Source: Desulfomonilia bacterium (GTDB lineage: Bacteria > Desulfobacterota > Desulfomonilia > UBA1062). Taken from it: DNA of 64,000 nucleotides. The notes beneath the pieces are model-generated. The model was not told where the DNA came from and made no database searches. It saw only the letters and a program-made list of their open reading frames with translations. The DNA is taken from the NCBI GenBank assembly GCA_963664325.2, contig CAXXDQ010000004.1, forward strand, positions 800,001 through 864,000, read 5' to 3'. A program made the translations under genes and the position numbers. This document shows positions 27,360 through 36,121 of this stretch, piece by piece; within the stretch, counting starts at the first letter, position 1; each line of letters opens with the position of its first letter.

Positions 27360-28718
27360 ATGAATTCTGCCGAATCGGTCACATCAGGTGAAATGAGGCC
27401 TTTTGAGGGCTTTGTGATTCCCCTGTCTGCGTTCACTCAATCCATACTTTACACGCTGATCGGAAACTTTGCCATGTTCTTCAGCACCGACATTATCGGT
27501 CTGGCCCCGGCTGCAATAGGGACAATGTTCCTCATAGCCAAGGTATGGGACGGAATATTCAATCCTATATTCGGATTCATAGCCGATAAAACAAATACGC
27601 GATGGGGTAAATTCAGGCCGTACTTGATGTTCGCATCCGTCTTTGTTTCATTATTCGCGGTCATGACTTTCAGGGTCCCGCAGGCGGATAAGCAGTGGCA
27701 GTTCATATACATCGGCGCGGCGTATATTCTCTTCAGCATGGCATATACCGTCATCGATATCCCGGTGTGGGCTTCCCCGACCATCGTTACCAAAGATAAC
27801 AACAGGACCACCTCCATTGTGGCAAGGGTTCAGCTCTCCGCCATCCTCGGAGCGATCCTGGCATTCGTTCTCACAACGCCGCTCGTCGGCGCCCTTGGCC
27901 GGGGGGACGCGCGGGACGGCTTTGCATATACCGCCATGGCCTATGGCCTGTTGAACCTCGCCGTACTTATCTTAACCGGCATCGTCATAAGGGAAAGGGT
28001 CTCGACGGATGCCAGAAGGGAAAGAGTGGACATAAAAAACGTTCTCAGAATCATTTTCCGAAATAAATTTCTTGTTATCGCAATGATCACATCGATACTC
28101 GTCAATACGATGTTCACATTAAAAAGCATAATGGTTCCGTATTTCGCCACCTACGACCTCGGCAATATCAAGCTGCTGCCCCTGATCATGATCGCGATAA
28201 CCATTCCAGGGCTTGTGGGCTTGATGTTCGCACCGTTGCTCATCAGAAAATTCGGAAAGCAGAAAACCGTGATAGCCACTCTGTCTGTCAGCCTGGCATT
28301 GAGCGTATTCACATATTTCGTCCCATACAACAACCTCATTGCTTTAATCGTATTGCACGGAATCATATCCTTTTTCATGTTTGTTCCGTTTGTCATATCG
28401 ACAACGATGTTTGTCGATTGCGTCATTTATGCCGAATGGAAATTCAACGTAAGGGCGGAAGGCATAATATTTTCCTGCAGGACATTGACTGGAAATGTCG
28501 GTATAGCGCTGGCGTCGTTTTTATCAGGCCTTATCCTGACCCTGATCGGCTATGTTGCAAACACGGCGCAGACACGGACCGCCCTGTACGGTCTGCAGGC
28601 ATCCCTTACGCTCTTTCCCGCAATCATCATCGGCCTGAGCATCATCCCGCTCTTCTTCTACAATTTATCTCAGAATAAACTCGATCAGATGTCAGCTGAA
28701 AATGAAATGAAGGCATAG
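27360..28718 (+). CDS. GPH (MelB-like) MFS sugar:cation symporter
   Basis: ADKTNTRWGKFRPY, DCVIYAEWKFNVRAEG. Confidence 0.9.
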   Translation: MNSAESVTSGEMRPFEGFVIPLSAFTQSILYTLIGNFAMFFSTDIIGLAPAAIGTMFLIAKVWDGIFNPIFGFIADKTNTRWGKFRPYLMFASVFVSLFAVMTFRVPQADKQWQFIYIGAAYILFSMAYTVIDIPVWASPTIVTKDNNRTTSIVARVQLSAILGAILAFVLTTPLVGALGRGDARDGFAYTAMAYGLLNLAVLILTGIVIRERVSTDARRERVDIKNVLRIIFRNKFLVIAMITSILVNTMFTLKSIMVPYFATYDLGNIKLLPLIMIAITIPGLVGLMFAPLLIRKFGKQKTVIATLSVSLALSVFTYFVPYNNLIALIVLHGIISFFMFVPFVISTTMFVDCVIYAEWKFNVRAEGIIFSCRTLTGNVGIALASFLSGLILTLIGYVANTAQTRTALYGLQASLTLFPAIIIGLSIIPLFFYNLSQNKLDQMSAENEMKA

Positions 28719-29011
28719 GACTCAGACACAGGCATGTTTGGTGATTGTCCGGCGCTGGCGGCAATACATGCATAAAGTGCATAAGCGGTGGCGTGTTAAA
28801 GGCATTCTGAGCGGAAGAGGCCTTTAATGGCAAGCCATGGAGAAGTCACCCTATGTGATCAAATATGTACTGGTTTGAACCGCTTTTTTGAACAAGATTT
28901 CAACGTGGTATTTTTCAGGGGTTTTTACTATGAGTATGAACCTAAAATGGAGAGTTTTTTTGAGTGGGCCAGTAGCGTTTACAGCCTGCCGGATAAATTG
29001 ATGAAAATTAT

Positions 29012-29086
29012 TGGCTCCCCAGGTAGGACTCGAACCTACAACCCTGCAGTTAACAGCCGCATGCTCTGCCATTGAGCTACTGAGGA
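29012..29086 (-). tRNA. tRNA-Asn (GTT)
   Basis: TCCTCAGTAGCTCAATGGCAGAGCATGCGGCTGTTAACTGCAGGGTTGTAGGTTCGAGTCCTACCTGGGGAGCCA. Confidence 0.97.
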
Positions 29087-29099
29087 ACGTCGGATATAT

Positions 29100-30119
29100 C
29101 TATGCATTCTCTTTTGGCTTGTCAAGACCTATTGTTTTGGTATCTTTGCAGGTTTCAGCCTGCTCCAGAAGAGGAGAGATTGCCCTCCTTATTCTTAAAA
29201 CATCATTGCGCAGATAATTGATCTGCGAAGCAAGAAATCCGAAAGACAGTATCTGCATGCCCCCTAATATGAATATGGCCATAAACATTAGGAGAGGCCG
29301 GCCAGGGCTGAGGGTCTGGTTTAAAAACAGGGCAAGTATATATATGCCGATACACAGCCCGATCAGTGTGAGTAAAATTCCGATTATGCCGAATAAGAGA
29401 ACAGGCCTTTCAAAGGCAGTGAATATCAGGTGAGTAACTGCTGTCGATCTGAACTTGAACTTCGATTTGCCTTTTTCCCTGGCCCTGAGAACGGCAGGAA
29501 TCTCTTTTATCCTGAATCCCATTGCAATGGCCTTGGAGAGAATCTCGAGATGGATTTCCTTGTCATCAGATTCAAGGTCAAGGCTTTCTATCACAGCCCG
29601 CCTGTAACACCTGACAATGCATGTAACGGTATGTATCTCTTCTGTTATTGAGAGTCTCAGAATCCTGTTGCCGACCTTGCTGATCAAGAGCCTGTTTCTG
29701 GGCACTCCGACCGTTGCTCCGCCGGGCATGTAGGCGCTGGCCAGTATGATGTCGACATCCGAATCTTCATGAAGCTCCTGGACCATCTTAAGTATATATT
29801 CGGGATCATATGAGAGATCGGCGTCGATAGAGGCTATCAGTTCACCTCTTGCAGCCCGGAAGCCATACCTTAAGGCCTTGCCCCTGCCCCCGTTTTTCCA
29901 GTATGAAACAACCCTTATCCTCGGATTTTGACCGGCGATCTCATCGAGCTTTTTAAGGGTCGAGTCAGTGCTGCCGTCATTCACAGGAAGAATCTCAAAT
30001 GTTTTACCCAGGGTTAAGAGCGTTGCTTCAACCCGGTCAATAGTTGACCGGACATTAGCCTCTTCATTGAACATAGGGATTATCACACTTAAATAAGGTC
30101 TGCTGTTTGAATGCTCCAT
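29100..30119 (-). CDS. GT2 polyprenol-phosphate glycosyltransferase (GtrB/DPM-like)
   Basis: SVIIPMFNE, VNDGSTD, IDADL, two C-terminal transmembrane helices. Confidence 0.9.
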   Translation of the reverse strand: MEHSNSRPYLSVIIPMFNEEANVRSTIDRVEATLLTLGKTFEILPVNDGSTDSTLKKLDEIAGQNPRIRVVSYWKNGGRGKALRYGFRAARGELIASIDADLSYDPEYILKMVQELHEDSDVDIILASAYMPGGATVGVPRNRLLISKVGNRILRLSITEEIHTVTCIVRCYRRAVIESLDLESDDKEIHLEILSKAIAMGFRIKEIPAVLRAREKGKSKFKFRSTAVTHLIFTAFERPVLLFGIIGILLTLIGLCIGIYILALFLNQTLSPGRPLLMFMAIFILGGMQILSFGFLASQINYLRNDVLRIRRAISPLLEQAETCKDTKTIGLDKPKENA

Positions 30120-30154
30120 GGGAAACTAATTTAATATAAACTATAAAAAATTAC

Positions 30155-30318
30155 CACAAAAGAAAACCCGCCATTTGGCGGGTTTTCTTATAATAGATAT
30201 CCCTGTGCAACCCTGTTCTCTAACCATACCCATTTTCTTAAACAATTCAATCAAAAGTGCAGTACCAGACCACCTCTTTTTAAGCCCCCTTTGCCTTTAA
30301 AAGGCCTGCACAGAGACT
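30155..30318 (-). ncRNA. Candidate structured small RNA or attenuator leader
   Basis: TTGATA-N17-TATAAA upstream; closing stem GTCTCTGTGCAGGCCT/AGGGTTGCACAGGGAT with G-U pairs on this strand; followed by a strong terminator. Confidence 0.45.
30160..30189 (-). terminator. Intrinsic terminator
   Basis: AAGAAAACCCGCCA-TT-TGGCGGGTTTTCTT, U-rich tail on the minus strand. Confidence 0.85.
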
Positions 30319-30424
30319 TGCTATTTATAAAACAATGCCGGTTTTATATCAACATATTATATAAAGGGAGTCTAAAATTATTATCTAGGTGATTTCCTTG
30401 CCGGAGAGTGATTTAGGTTTTTTT

Positions 30425-30814
30425 TTAGGCGAACTCGCAACTGCAGCCGCCAGGGATGTTTGCCCCAAAGTTATAAACCCATGTCGTGCCGTCGATCCAT
30501 CTCCCTTTTCCTGTCATTTTGCATGAAACATCAAAAGGCTCTTTATCCGCATGACTGCCAACGGTAACCATGGGTTCTGAAAATCTAAAACTGACCTTAC
30601 GGGCATCCTTCACGGCTCCTTCGGGATTGAAGGATTCAATAAACGCGGTCTCGGAGGCGCCCAGTGAAAAGACAAGAAATATTAAGGAAACCGCCAGCAA
30701 TAAAGATTTAAGATTTCTGTGCCATTGTATGATTTCAATATTAATCCTCCGGTTAACAGCTGTGGATTGCTTGCCAATTTCCGGATGAAGGTAGGTGAAT
30801 GTCAGCTCAAACAA
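30425..30814 (-). pseudogene. N-terminal fragment of a bacterial alpha-2-macroglobulin
   Basis: Signal-like stretch then FNPEGAVKDARKVSFRFSEPMV...PFDVSC..GKGRWID..WVYNF...C.C; stops after about 130 codons with no continuation visible. Confidence 0.6.
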
Positions 30815-30902
30815 TACCTCTTAAAATAATAACCGCTGTAGAAAATTCAATCGGGCAAGTATCCTTGACTTTACATACATACCGGATAATATCATCCCAG
30901 AT

Positions 30903-31313
30903 ATGAGAGATAAAATTTTTAAAAATCATATTCTTTTCAGGGTCTTTATTATCCCGGTATTTCTTATTCTTGCAATCTCTTCGGTATCCTCCGGGAGGTA
31001 TTATCACCGGCAAACAGTTTTTTGTGAGGATATTTCAGGAATGGCCCGCATAAAAGGGGATCACGGTTATTTTCTTTTATCGGACACTTTGGAGCAAGGA
31101 CAGCCAGGGATAAATATCAGGACCGGTATTTTACCGGGTCGGACGTCTTTTATTTACGGAATCCCGTATTGCCGGACATTTCCAGCCCAGGCATTCTCAA
31201 CCGTGCGCTCTGAAAATAACTTGTCTTTAATATCAATGTCTATAGGGTCATCTTTGAATGGCATATTTAAAAAATTAAAAAGAATGCTGTCCGGTATCTC
31301 GAGATTTTTTTAG
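30903..31313 (+). CDS. Hypothetical protein
   Basis: 136-aa ORF with a hydrophobic N-terminus filling an intergenic gap; no recognisable motif. Confidence 0.35.
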   Translation: MRDKIFKNHILFRVFIIPVFLILAISSVSSGRYYHRQTVFCEDISGMARIKGDHGYFLLSDTLEQGQPGINIRTGILPGRTSFIYGIPYCRTFPAQAFSTVRSENNLSLISMSIGSSLNGIFKKLKRMLSGISRFF

Positions 31314-31346
31314 TTTTGAAAAAGTTTTAACTTGACTTGTAATACT

Positions 31347-31365
31347 ATCAGTAATAATTATCATT
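31347..31365. promoter_or_regulatory. Putative PerR/Fur box (autoregulatory)
   Basis: ATCAGTAATAATTATCATT immediately before the ATG; resembles 38818-38836. Confidence 0.55.
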
Positions 31366-31368
31366 AGT

Positions 31369-31767
31369 ATGTCTTGTCCGGCTCAAAGAATAACCAAACA
31401 GAAGCTCATAATTATTGATGAGCTCAGGAAGGTGAGGTCTCATCCGACTGCTTATGAAGTATATGCAATGGTCCGAAAGGCATTGCCCAAGATCAGCCTC
31501 GGGACTATCTACAGGAATCTTGAAGCATTGTCTGATAATGGCAATATTCAGAGGCTTGCCTTTCATTCCGGTAAGAGGCGTTATGACGGAAATCCGCATA
31601 ATCACCCCCATATATGCTGCAAGGTATGCGGAAGGGTTGACGATCTGCCCGAGAATTCAGGGATTAATGAAAAGATAATTCCCTCCCTGAAGAATGTTTG
31701 CGGTTACAAGATTACAGACTACAGCATAGAGCTTTTCGGCATATGCGGTAATTGTAGAAAAGAGTAA
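31369..31767 (+). CDS. perR: Fur-family regulator, likely PerR
   Basis: HPTA, SLGTIYRNL, HPHICCKVCG, CGNC; directly upstream of rubrerythrin. Confidence 0.8.
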   Translation: MSCPAQRITKQKLIIIDELRKVRSHPTAYEVYAMVRKALPKISLGTIYRNLEALSDNGNIQRLAFHSGKRRYDGNPHNHPHICCKVCGRVDDLPENSGINEKIIPSLKNVCGYKITDYSIELFGICGNCRKE

Positions 31768-31794
31768 ATAAATCCTAAATGAAAGGAGTCTATT

Positions 31795-32370
31795 ATGGGA
31801 AATCTCAAAGGAACAAGAACGGAGAAAAATCTCCTCGGATCTTTTGCCGGGGAATCTCAGGCCAGAAACCGCTATACATATTTTGCCAGTCAGGCCAGGA
31901 AAGAAGGCTATGTTCAGATAGCCGACATATTTGAAGAAACAGCCAACCAGGAAAAGGAACATGCAAAGCGCTTTTTTAAATCCCTTGAGGGCGGCGATGT
32001 CGAGATTACTGCAACATTCCCTGCAGGCGTGGTCGGTAGCACACTGGACAACCTGAAGGCCTCGGCTGCCGGCGAATACCATGAATGGAGCGACCTGTAT
32101 CCAGGGTTTGCCAAAATTGCCAGAGAAGAAGGCTTTGAAGCGATCGCCAAAATCTGGGATGCTGTTTCCGTGGCCGAGAAACAGCATGAAAAGCGCTATA
32201 AGGACCTGGCTGCAAACATAGCTGCCGGGAAAGTGTTCAAAAAAGACACGAAAACGGTATGGCGCTGCAAAAACTGCGGTTATATACATGAGGGAAATGA
32301 GGCTCCTGGCGCATGCCCAGCCTGTGCTCATCCCCAGGCATACTTCGAAGTCCTTGGTGAGAACTGGTAG
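31795..32370 (+). CDS. rbr: Rubrerythrin
   Basis: FAGESQARNRY, EKEHA, EKQHE, C-terminal CKNCG..CPAC. Confidence 0.95.
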   Translation: MGNLKGTRTEKNLLGSFAGESQARNRYTYFASQARKEGYVQIADIFEETANQEKEHAKRFFKSLEGGDVEITATFPAGVVGSTLDNLKASAAGEYHEWSDLYPGFAKIAREEGFEAIAKIWDAVSVAEKQHEKRYKDLAANIAAGKVFKKDTKTVWRCKNCGYIHEGNEAPGACPACAHPQAYFEVLGENW

Positions 32371-32381
32371 GTTTAACAAGA

Positions 32382-32407
32382 TAAGGACTGCCGCACGGCA
32401 GTCCTTA
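32382..32407 (+). terminator. Stem-loop after rbr
   Basis: TAAGGACTGCCG-CA-CGGCAGTCCTTA. Confidence 0.55.
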
Positions 32408-32419
32408 CATAAAACCCGA

Positions 32420-32986
32420 ATGAAGAAAATACTCTTACTGGTTTTTATATCATGTCTGGCCACGGCTGGTTTGGTATGCGCAGACGATTTAAAATATTCA
32501 AAAGAAATAGGGAGCATTAAACTCAATATCCCTGATGACCAGACCGTTAAAAATTATCTTGGCATAAAACAGAAAGAGGGACAGTTTACTCTCCCTCAAA
32601 TCCGGCAGGGAATACTTATTGTTGAGATATTCAACATGTACTGTCCGCATTGCCAGCACTATGCACCAAAGGTTAACGAGGTTTATTCAAAAATAATTTC
32701 CAGGCCGGATACAAAAGATAATGTATTAATGCTCGGTATCGGTGTCGGCAATTCGCCGTTCGAAGTTAATTTTTTCAGGAAAAAATTCAACATCGCCTTT
32801 CCCTTGTTCGATGATAAGGATTACAGTGTTGCAAACAGGCTTGAAGGTTTGCTCACACCGCATTTTATTGTTATGATTATTGACGGAACAGGTGGTTACA
32901 GGGTGGTTTATTCTCAAAGCGGCGGATTTGAAGATGCGAATGATTTCTTGAATAACATACTCAAGCTGTCTTTGGGGACAAAATAG
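32420..32986 (+). CDS. Exported TlpA-like thioredoxin-fold protein
   Basis: Signal peptide MKKILLLVFISCL, YCPHC, TP cis-Pro motif; start re-assigned. Confidence 0.8.
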   Translation: MKKILLLVFISCLATAGLVCADDLKYSKEIGSIKLNIPDDQTVKNYLGIKQKEGQFTLPQIRQGILIVEIFNMYCPHCQHYAPKVNEVYSKIISRPDTKDNVLMLGIGVGNSPFEVNFFRKKFNIAFPLFDDKDYSVANRLEGLLTPHFIVMIIDGTGGYRVVYSQSGGFEDANDFLNNILKLSLGTK

Positions 32987-32995
32987 GAGGCATAT

Positions 32996-33583
32996 ATGAA
33001 GCGATCATTCCTGGTCGTATTCCTGATTTTGTTAATATCTGTTCCGGCTTTTTCTGCTTCTGAAGCCTTTAAGGGCAACATCTATGATCCCGGAACTCTC
33101 AAGCCTGTTGACAGCCGGACAACGCTTAAACCCGGAGACATGGCCCCTGATTTTGATTTGCCGGCAGTTTCCGGTGGCCGTATTAAGCTTTCCGATTACC
33201 GTGGGAAGAAAAATGTGGTTATATCTTTTGTACCTGCCGCATGGACGCCTGTATGTTCCGATCAGTGGCCGGGCTATAATATTGCAAAAGAAACCTTCGA
33301 TGCAAATGATGCAATTCTCATTGGCATCAGTGTTGATAACATCCCCACACTTTATGCGTGGACAAGGCAGATGGGTACGCTTTGGTTTCCGGTACTGTCC
33401 GATTTCTGGCCGCATGGGGCCGTTGCAAAGAGCTACGGCGTTCTCAGGTCGAACGGCGTATCCGAAAGGGCAATTTTCATAATCAACAAAAAAGGTTTAA
33501 TCACGTTTGTTGATGTTCACGACATTAACAAACGCCCTCCGCTTGAAGACATTGTCGGAGGTCTTGAAAAGATCAACAGATAA
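32996..33583 (+). CDS. Exported peroxiredoxin (AhpC/TSA, AhpE-like)
   Basis: Signal peptide; PAAWTPVC, LSDFWPHG, SERAIF. Confidence 0.9.
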   Translation: MKRSFLVVFLILLISVPAFSASEAFKGNIYDPGTLKPVDSRTTLKPGDMAPDFDLPAVSGGRIKLSDYRGKKNVVISFVPAAWTPVCSDQWPGYNIAKETFDANDAILIGISVDNIPTLYAWTRQMGTLWFPVLSDFWPHGAVAKSYGVLRSNGVSERAIFIINKKGLITFVDVHDINKRPPLEDIVGGLEKINR

Positions 33584-34068
33584 AATCTAGCGGAATATTA
33601 CTTCCATTTTATCTGATATTCCCATATTTGACCTGTCTGTATCCTGTTTAAGGCAGGATAACAGTATCAGCGGCTGCATTCTGCGCCGTATCAATAAGGA
33701 ACACCGGGGCTTGTAAGATATACAAGGCAATTCAAGAAATATTGTGGTTTCCTTTGGGGCGGCACAACCATGGCGCCAAAAGCGTTGTCAGGTCTGATAC
33801 GACACCGCTGCAGACTTTGAACACGGCAGAACTTCATTTCGTGCAGCAGCTGTATTGATATGTTTTCCGGTGGTCTTCTGTTTTCTTTTCGAGATTTTCA
33901 GCAGACTCAGTATCACAGCCTTTCTTGCAGAATTCATATTTTTCAGGTGCCTGCTTGTAAGCTTTTTCCGCTGAGTTCTCTTTACAGCCATATAATTGAC
34001 TCAACATCGTACATTATCCGGCTGTTAACTTTATTACAGTCGGGCTCAGAAGAACGGTATATGTTGCT

Positions 34069-34566
34069 TCATTCAAAAGATACGAATCTCTCTTTCTTTG
34101 CCGAACAGATCGGGCAGATATCCGGCAGTACGCCGTCAGACACGTAACCGCAGACATCGCACACATAATATGTTGTCTCGCGCTCTTCCATTACATGGTC
34201 CATCGCTTCCTTATAGAGCTTTGCGTGTATTTCTTCGACATCACGAGACTGGCTGAAATAAAGTGATGACGCCCTGTCGCCGACCTCTTCGGCCTTTTTT
34301 ATAAAATCGTCATATGCTACTTCGGCTACCCTTGTTTCGCTTTCGAAACTTTGCTTGAGATTATCCTCCGTGCTGCCGACGGCCTTGAGCAGCATTAAAG
34401 CACGCTTTCCATGGACTTCCTCGGAAAGGGATATAACCCTGAAAAGTTTTGCAAGCTGCGGATAACCCTCGGCCTCTGCCTTTTCCGCAAAGACCTTCAG
34501 CCTTAATGCCGCCTTTGATTCTCCTGCGTATGCGTCATGAACAGCCTTTTTTATCATATCATCCAT
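34069..34566 (-). CDS. Short rubrerythrin-family protein
   Basis: YAGESKA, EEVH, EEIH, CDVCG..CPIC. Confidence 0.9.
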   Translation of the reverse strand: MDDMIKKAVHDAYAGESKAALRLKVFAEKAEAEGYPQLAKLFRVISLSEEVHGKRALMLLKAVGSTEDNLKQSFESETRVAEVAYDDFIKKAEEVGDRASSLYFSQSRDVEEIHAKLYKEAMDHVMEERETTYYVCDVCGYVSDGVLPDICPICSAKKERFVSFE

Positions 34567-35371
34567 AAGCAGCCTCCTGATTTAATAGTTCCATGCATTC
34601 TTCGGGGATCCGCCCGTTCCATATACCGGGACGGGTCAGTGCAAAATCATATTTAAGCGGGTCGTCCGGATTTATCTTCCTGAAAAATCCGGTAATTTCA
34701 AGCGCGGTTTTCATATCAGCACTATTTCTTTTCGTGATGCCCAGATTTGAACATATTCTGAATATGTGCGTGTCAATGGGCATAACAAGCATTTTGGGGC
34801 TTATGGTGCTCCAGCATCCGGGGTCGACGTCATCTTTTCTGATCATCCATTTGAGATACAGGTTCTGCCTCTTGCATGCGCTCCCAGCAGAAGGCCTGGG
34901 TAGAAGGCTCTTGAATTCATAACCATCGGACAGGGCGTTAACAAACTTTTCCAGTGCAGGCAGGATATTGGTATCATTCGAGGATATGTTTGAAGCTATG
35001 CATGCCTCGATGGAGTCATGTGTTTTGATAACATTTCTTATACCATGAATAAGACCGGCGGTTTCTTTACCTGAAGTGAACCTGTGTTTGAAGGATGCAA
35101 GTATTTTTTGCAGGTCTTTTCTGTCGGAGTTCTCAACAAAGAGCCTCGGACTCTTGCCCATCAAATCAAGGATGGCCCCGACGCTTTTTAGTATCTGCGC
35201 AACCCTTCCGTATGCAAGGCACGATGCGATGAGTCCTACGATTTCCCTGTCCGGACCCATGGGATAACGGTATACAAATTCGAGAGGGTCCGGGTGGATG
35301 TACTGGTATCGATTATATGCCCGGTACAAACCCTCGAAAAATTCTTTTGACGGGGGATTGCATCCGGGCAT
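34559..35371 (-). CDS. TIGR02757/DUF2400 family protein (HhH-GPD-like)
   Basis: DPLEFV, LAYGRV, SACKR.NLYLKWMIR, PIDTH, DPLKYDFAL. Confidence 0.85.
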   Translation of the reverse strand: MPGCNPPSKEFFEGLYRAYNRYQYIHPDPLEFVYRYPMGPDREIVGLIASCLAYGRVAQILKSVGAILDLMGKSPRLFVENSDRKDLQKILASFKHRFTSGKETAGLIHGIRNVIKTHDSIEACIASNISSNDTNILPALEKFVNALSDGYEFKSLLPRPSAGSACKRQNLYLKWMIRKDDVDPGCWSTISPKMLVMPIDTHIFRICSNLGITKRNSADMKTALEITGFFRKINPDDPLKYDFALTRPGIWNGRIPEECMELLNQEAAYG

Positions 35372-35401
35372 TATTAACGGGTCCTGTATGTCAGATAATA
35401 T

Positions 35402-36121
35402 TTATTCTGGTGAAAACTCATCTTTGCTGGCGCCGCATACCGGACAGGTCCACCCGGCCGGCAACTTATCAAAGGGTGTTCCTGCAGGAATTGAACCTTC
35501 GGCATCCCCTTTTTCCGGATCATAGATATAACCGCAAACTCCGCATACGTATTTCTGCATGTTTTCTCCTTTCTTTTTTTCATTTAGAGGCTCTTCCTTG
35601 GCGGGGGCGTCTCCTTTGTAAGTGGGAGCGGTTTTCGGCGCCTTGCCTTTTTTGACATCCTGATAAACGGCATAAGTTAACGGCGTTCCTTTCTTGAGGA
35701 CATCACAGTTGGCAATCTCTGCAATGAAGACCGTATGCGTGCCTGCATCCGCCTCAGCGACAACCTTTCCTTCCATCCATGACAGACAGTTTTCCGTAAC
35801 TATAGGACATCCGGTCTCACCTTTTATAAATTTTGCCTGGGAAAGCTTATCGGTTTCACGGCCCGATTTGAAGCCGAATATGCCGATAAACGGCAACGGC
35901 GCATCCTCTTCCAGAATAGATATCGCCAGCACGCCGCTTGCTTTTATGTATTCGTGAGTCAGGTTTTCCTTGTTTATGCTCACAGCCACCTTTGCAGGTT
36001 TGTTGCTCACCTGAAAAGCGGTGTTTGCGATCTGGCCGTTGGATTTGCCGCCGGATATGCTTGTGACTATGTATAAACCGTAGCTTATATCCCAAAGCGC
36101 CTTTGAATTGATCTCACCCAT
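35402..36121 (-). CDS. Flavin reductase-rubredoxin fusion (high-molecular-weight rubredoxin)
   Basis: SYGLYIV, NGQIANT, GTHTVF, then [12 protein letters not shown]...CPVCG; ATG overlaps the fprA stop (TAATG). Confidence 0.9.
   Translation of the reverse strand: MGEINSKALWDISYGLYIVTSISGGKSNGQIANTAFQVSNKPAKVAVSINKENLTHEYIKASGVLAISILEEDAPLPFIGIFGFKSGRETDKLSQAKFIKGETGCPIVTENCLSWMEGKVVAEADAGTHTVFIAEIANCDVLKKGTPLTYAVYQDVKKGKAPKTAPTYKGDAPAKEEPLNEKKKGENMQKYVCGVCGYIYDPEKGDAEGSIPAGTPFDKLPAGWTCPVCGASKDEFSPE

Noticed and set aside
30190-30320. Identification as 6S RNA or SRP RNA
   Set aside because: Too short for typical 6S, not in the zapA/ygfA context, and lacks the SRP GGAA-loop motif; kept only as an unnamed candidate
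33254-33256. Possible selenocysteine in the peroxiredoxin active site
   Set aside because: The codon is TGT (Cys); no in-frame TGA seen in the redox genes
33600-34060. Short Cys-containing ORFs between prx and the second rubrerythrin
   Set aside because: No RBS or recognisable family; probably a decayed gene
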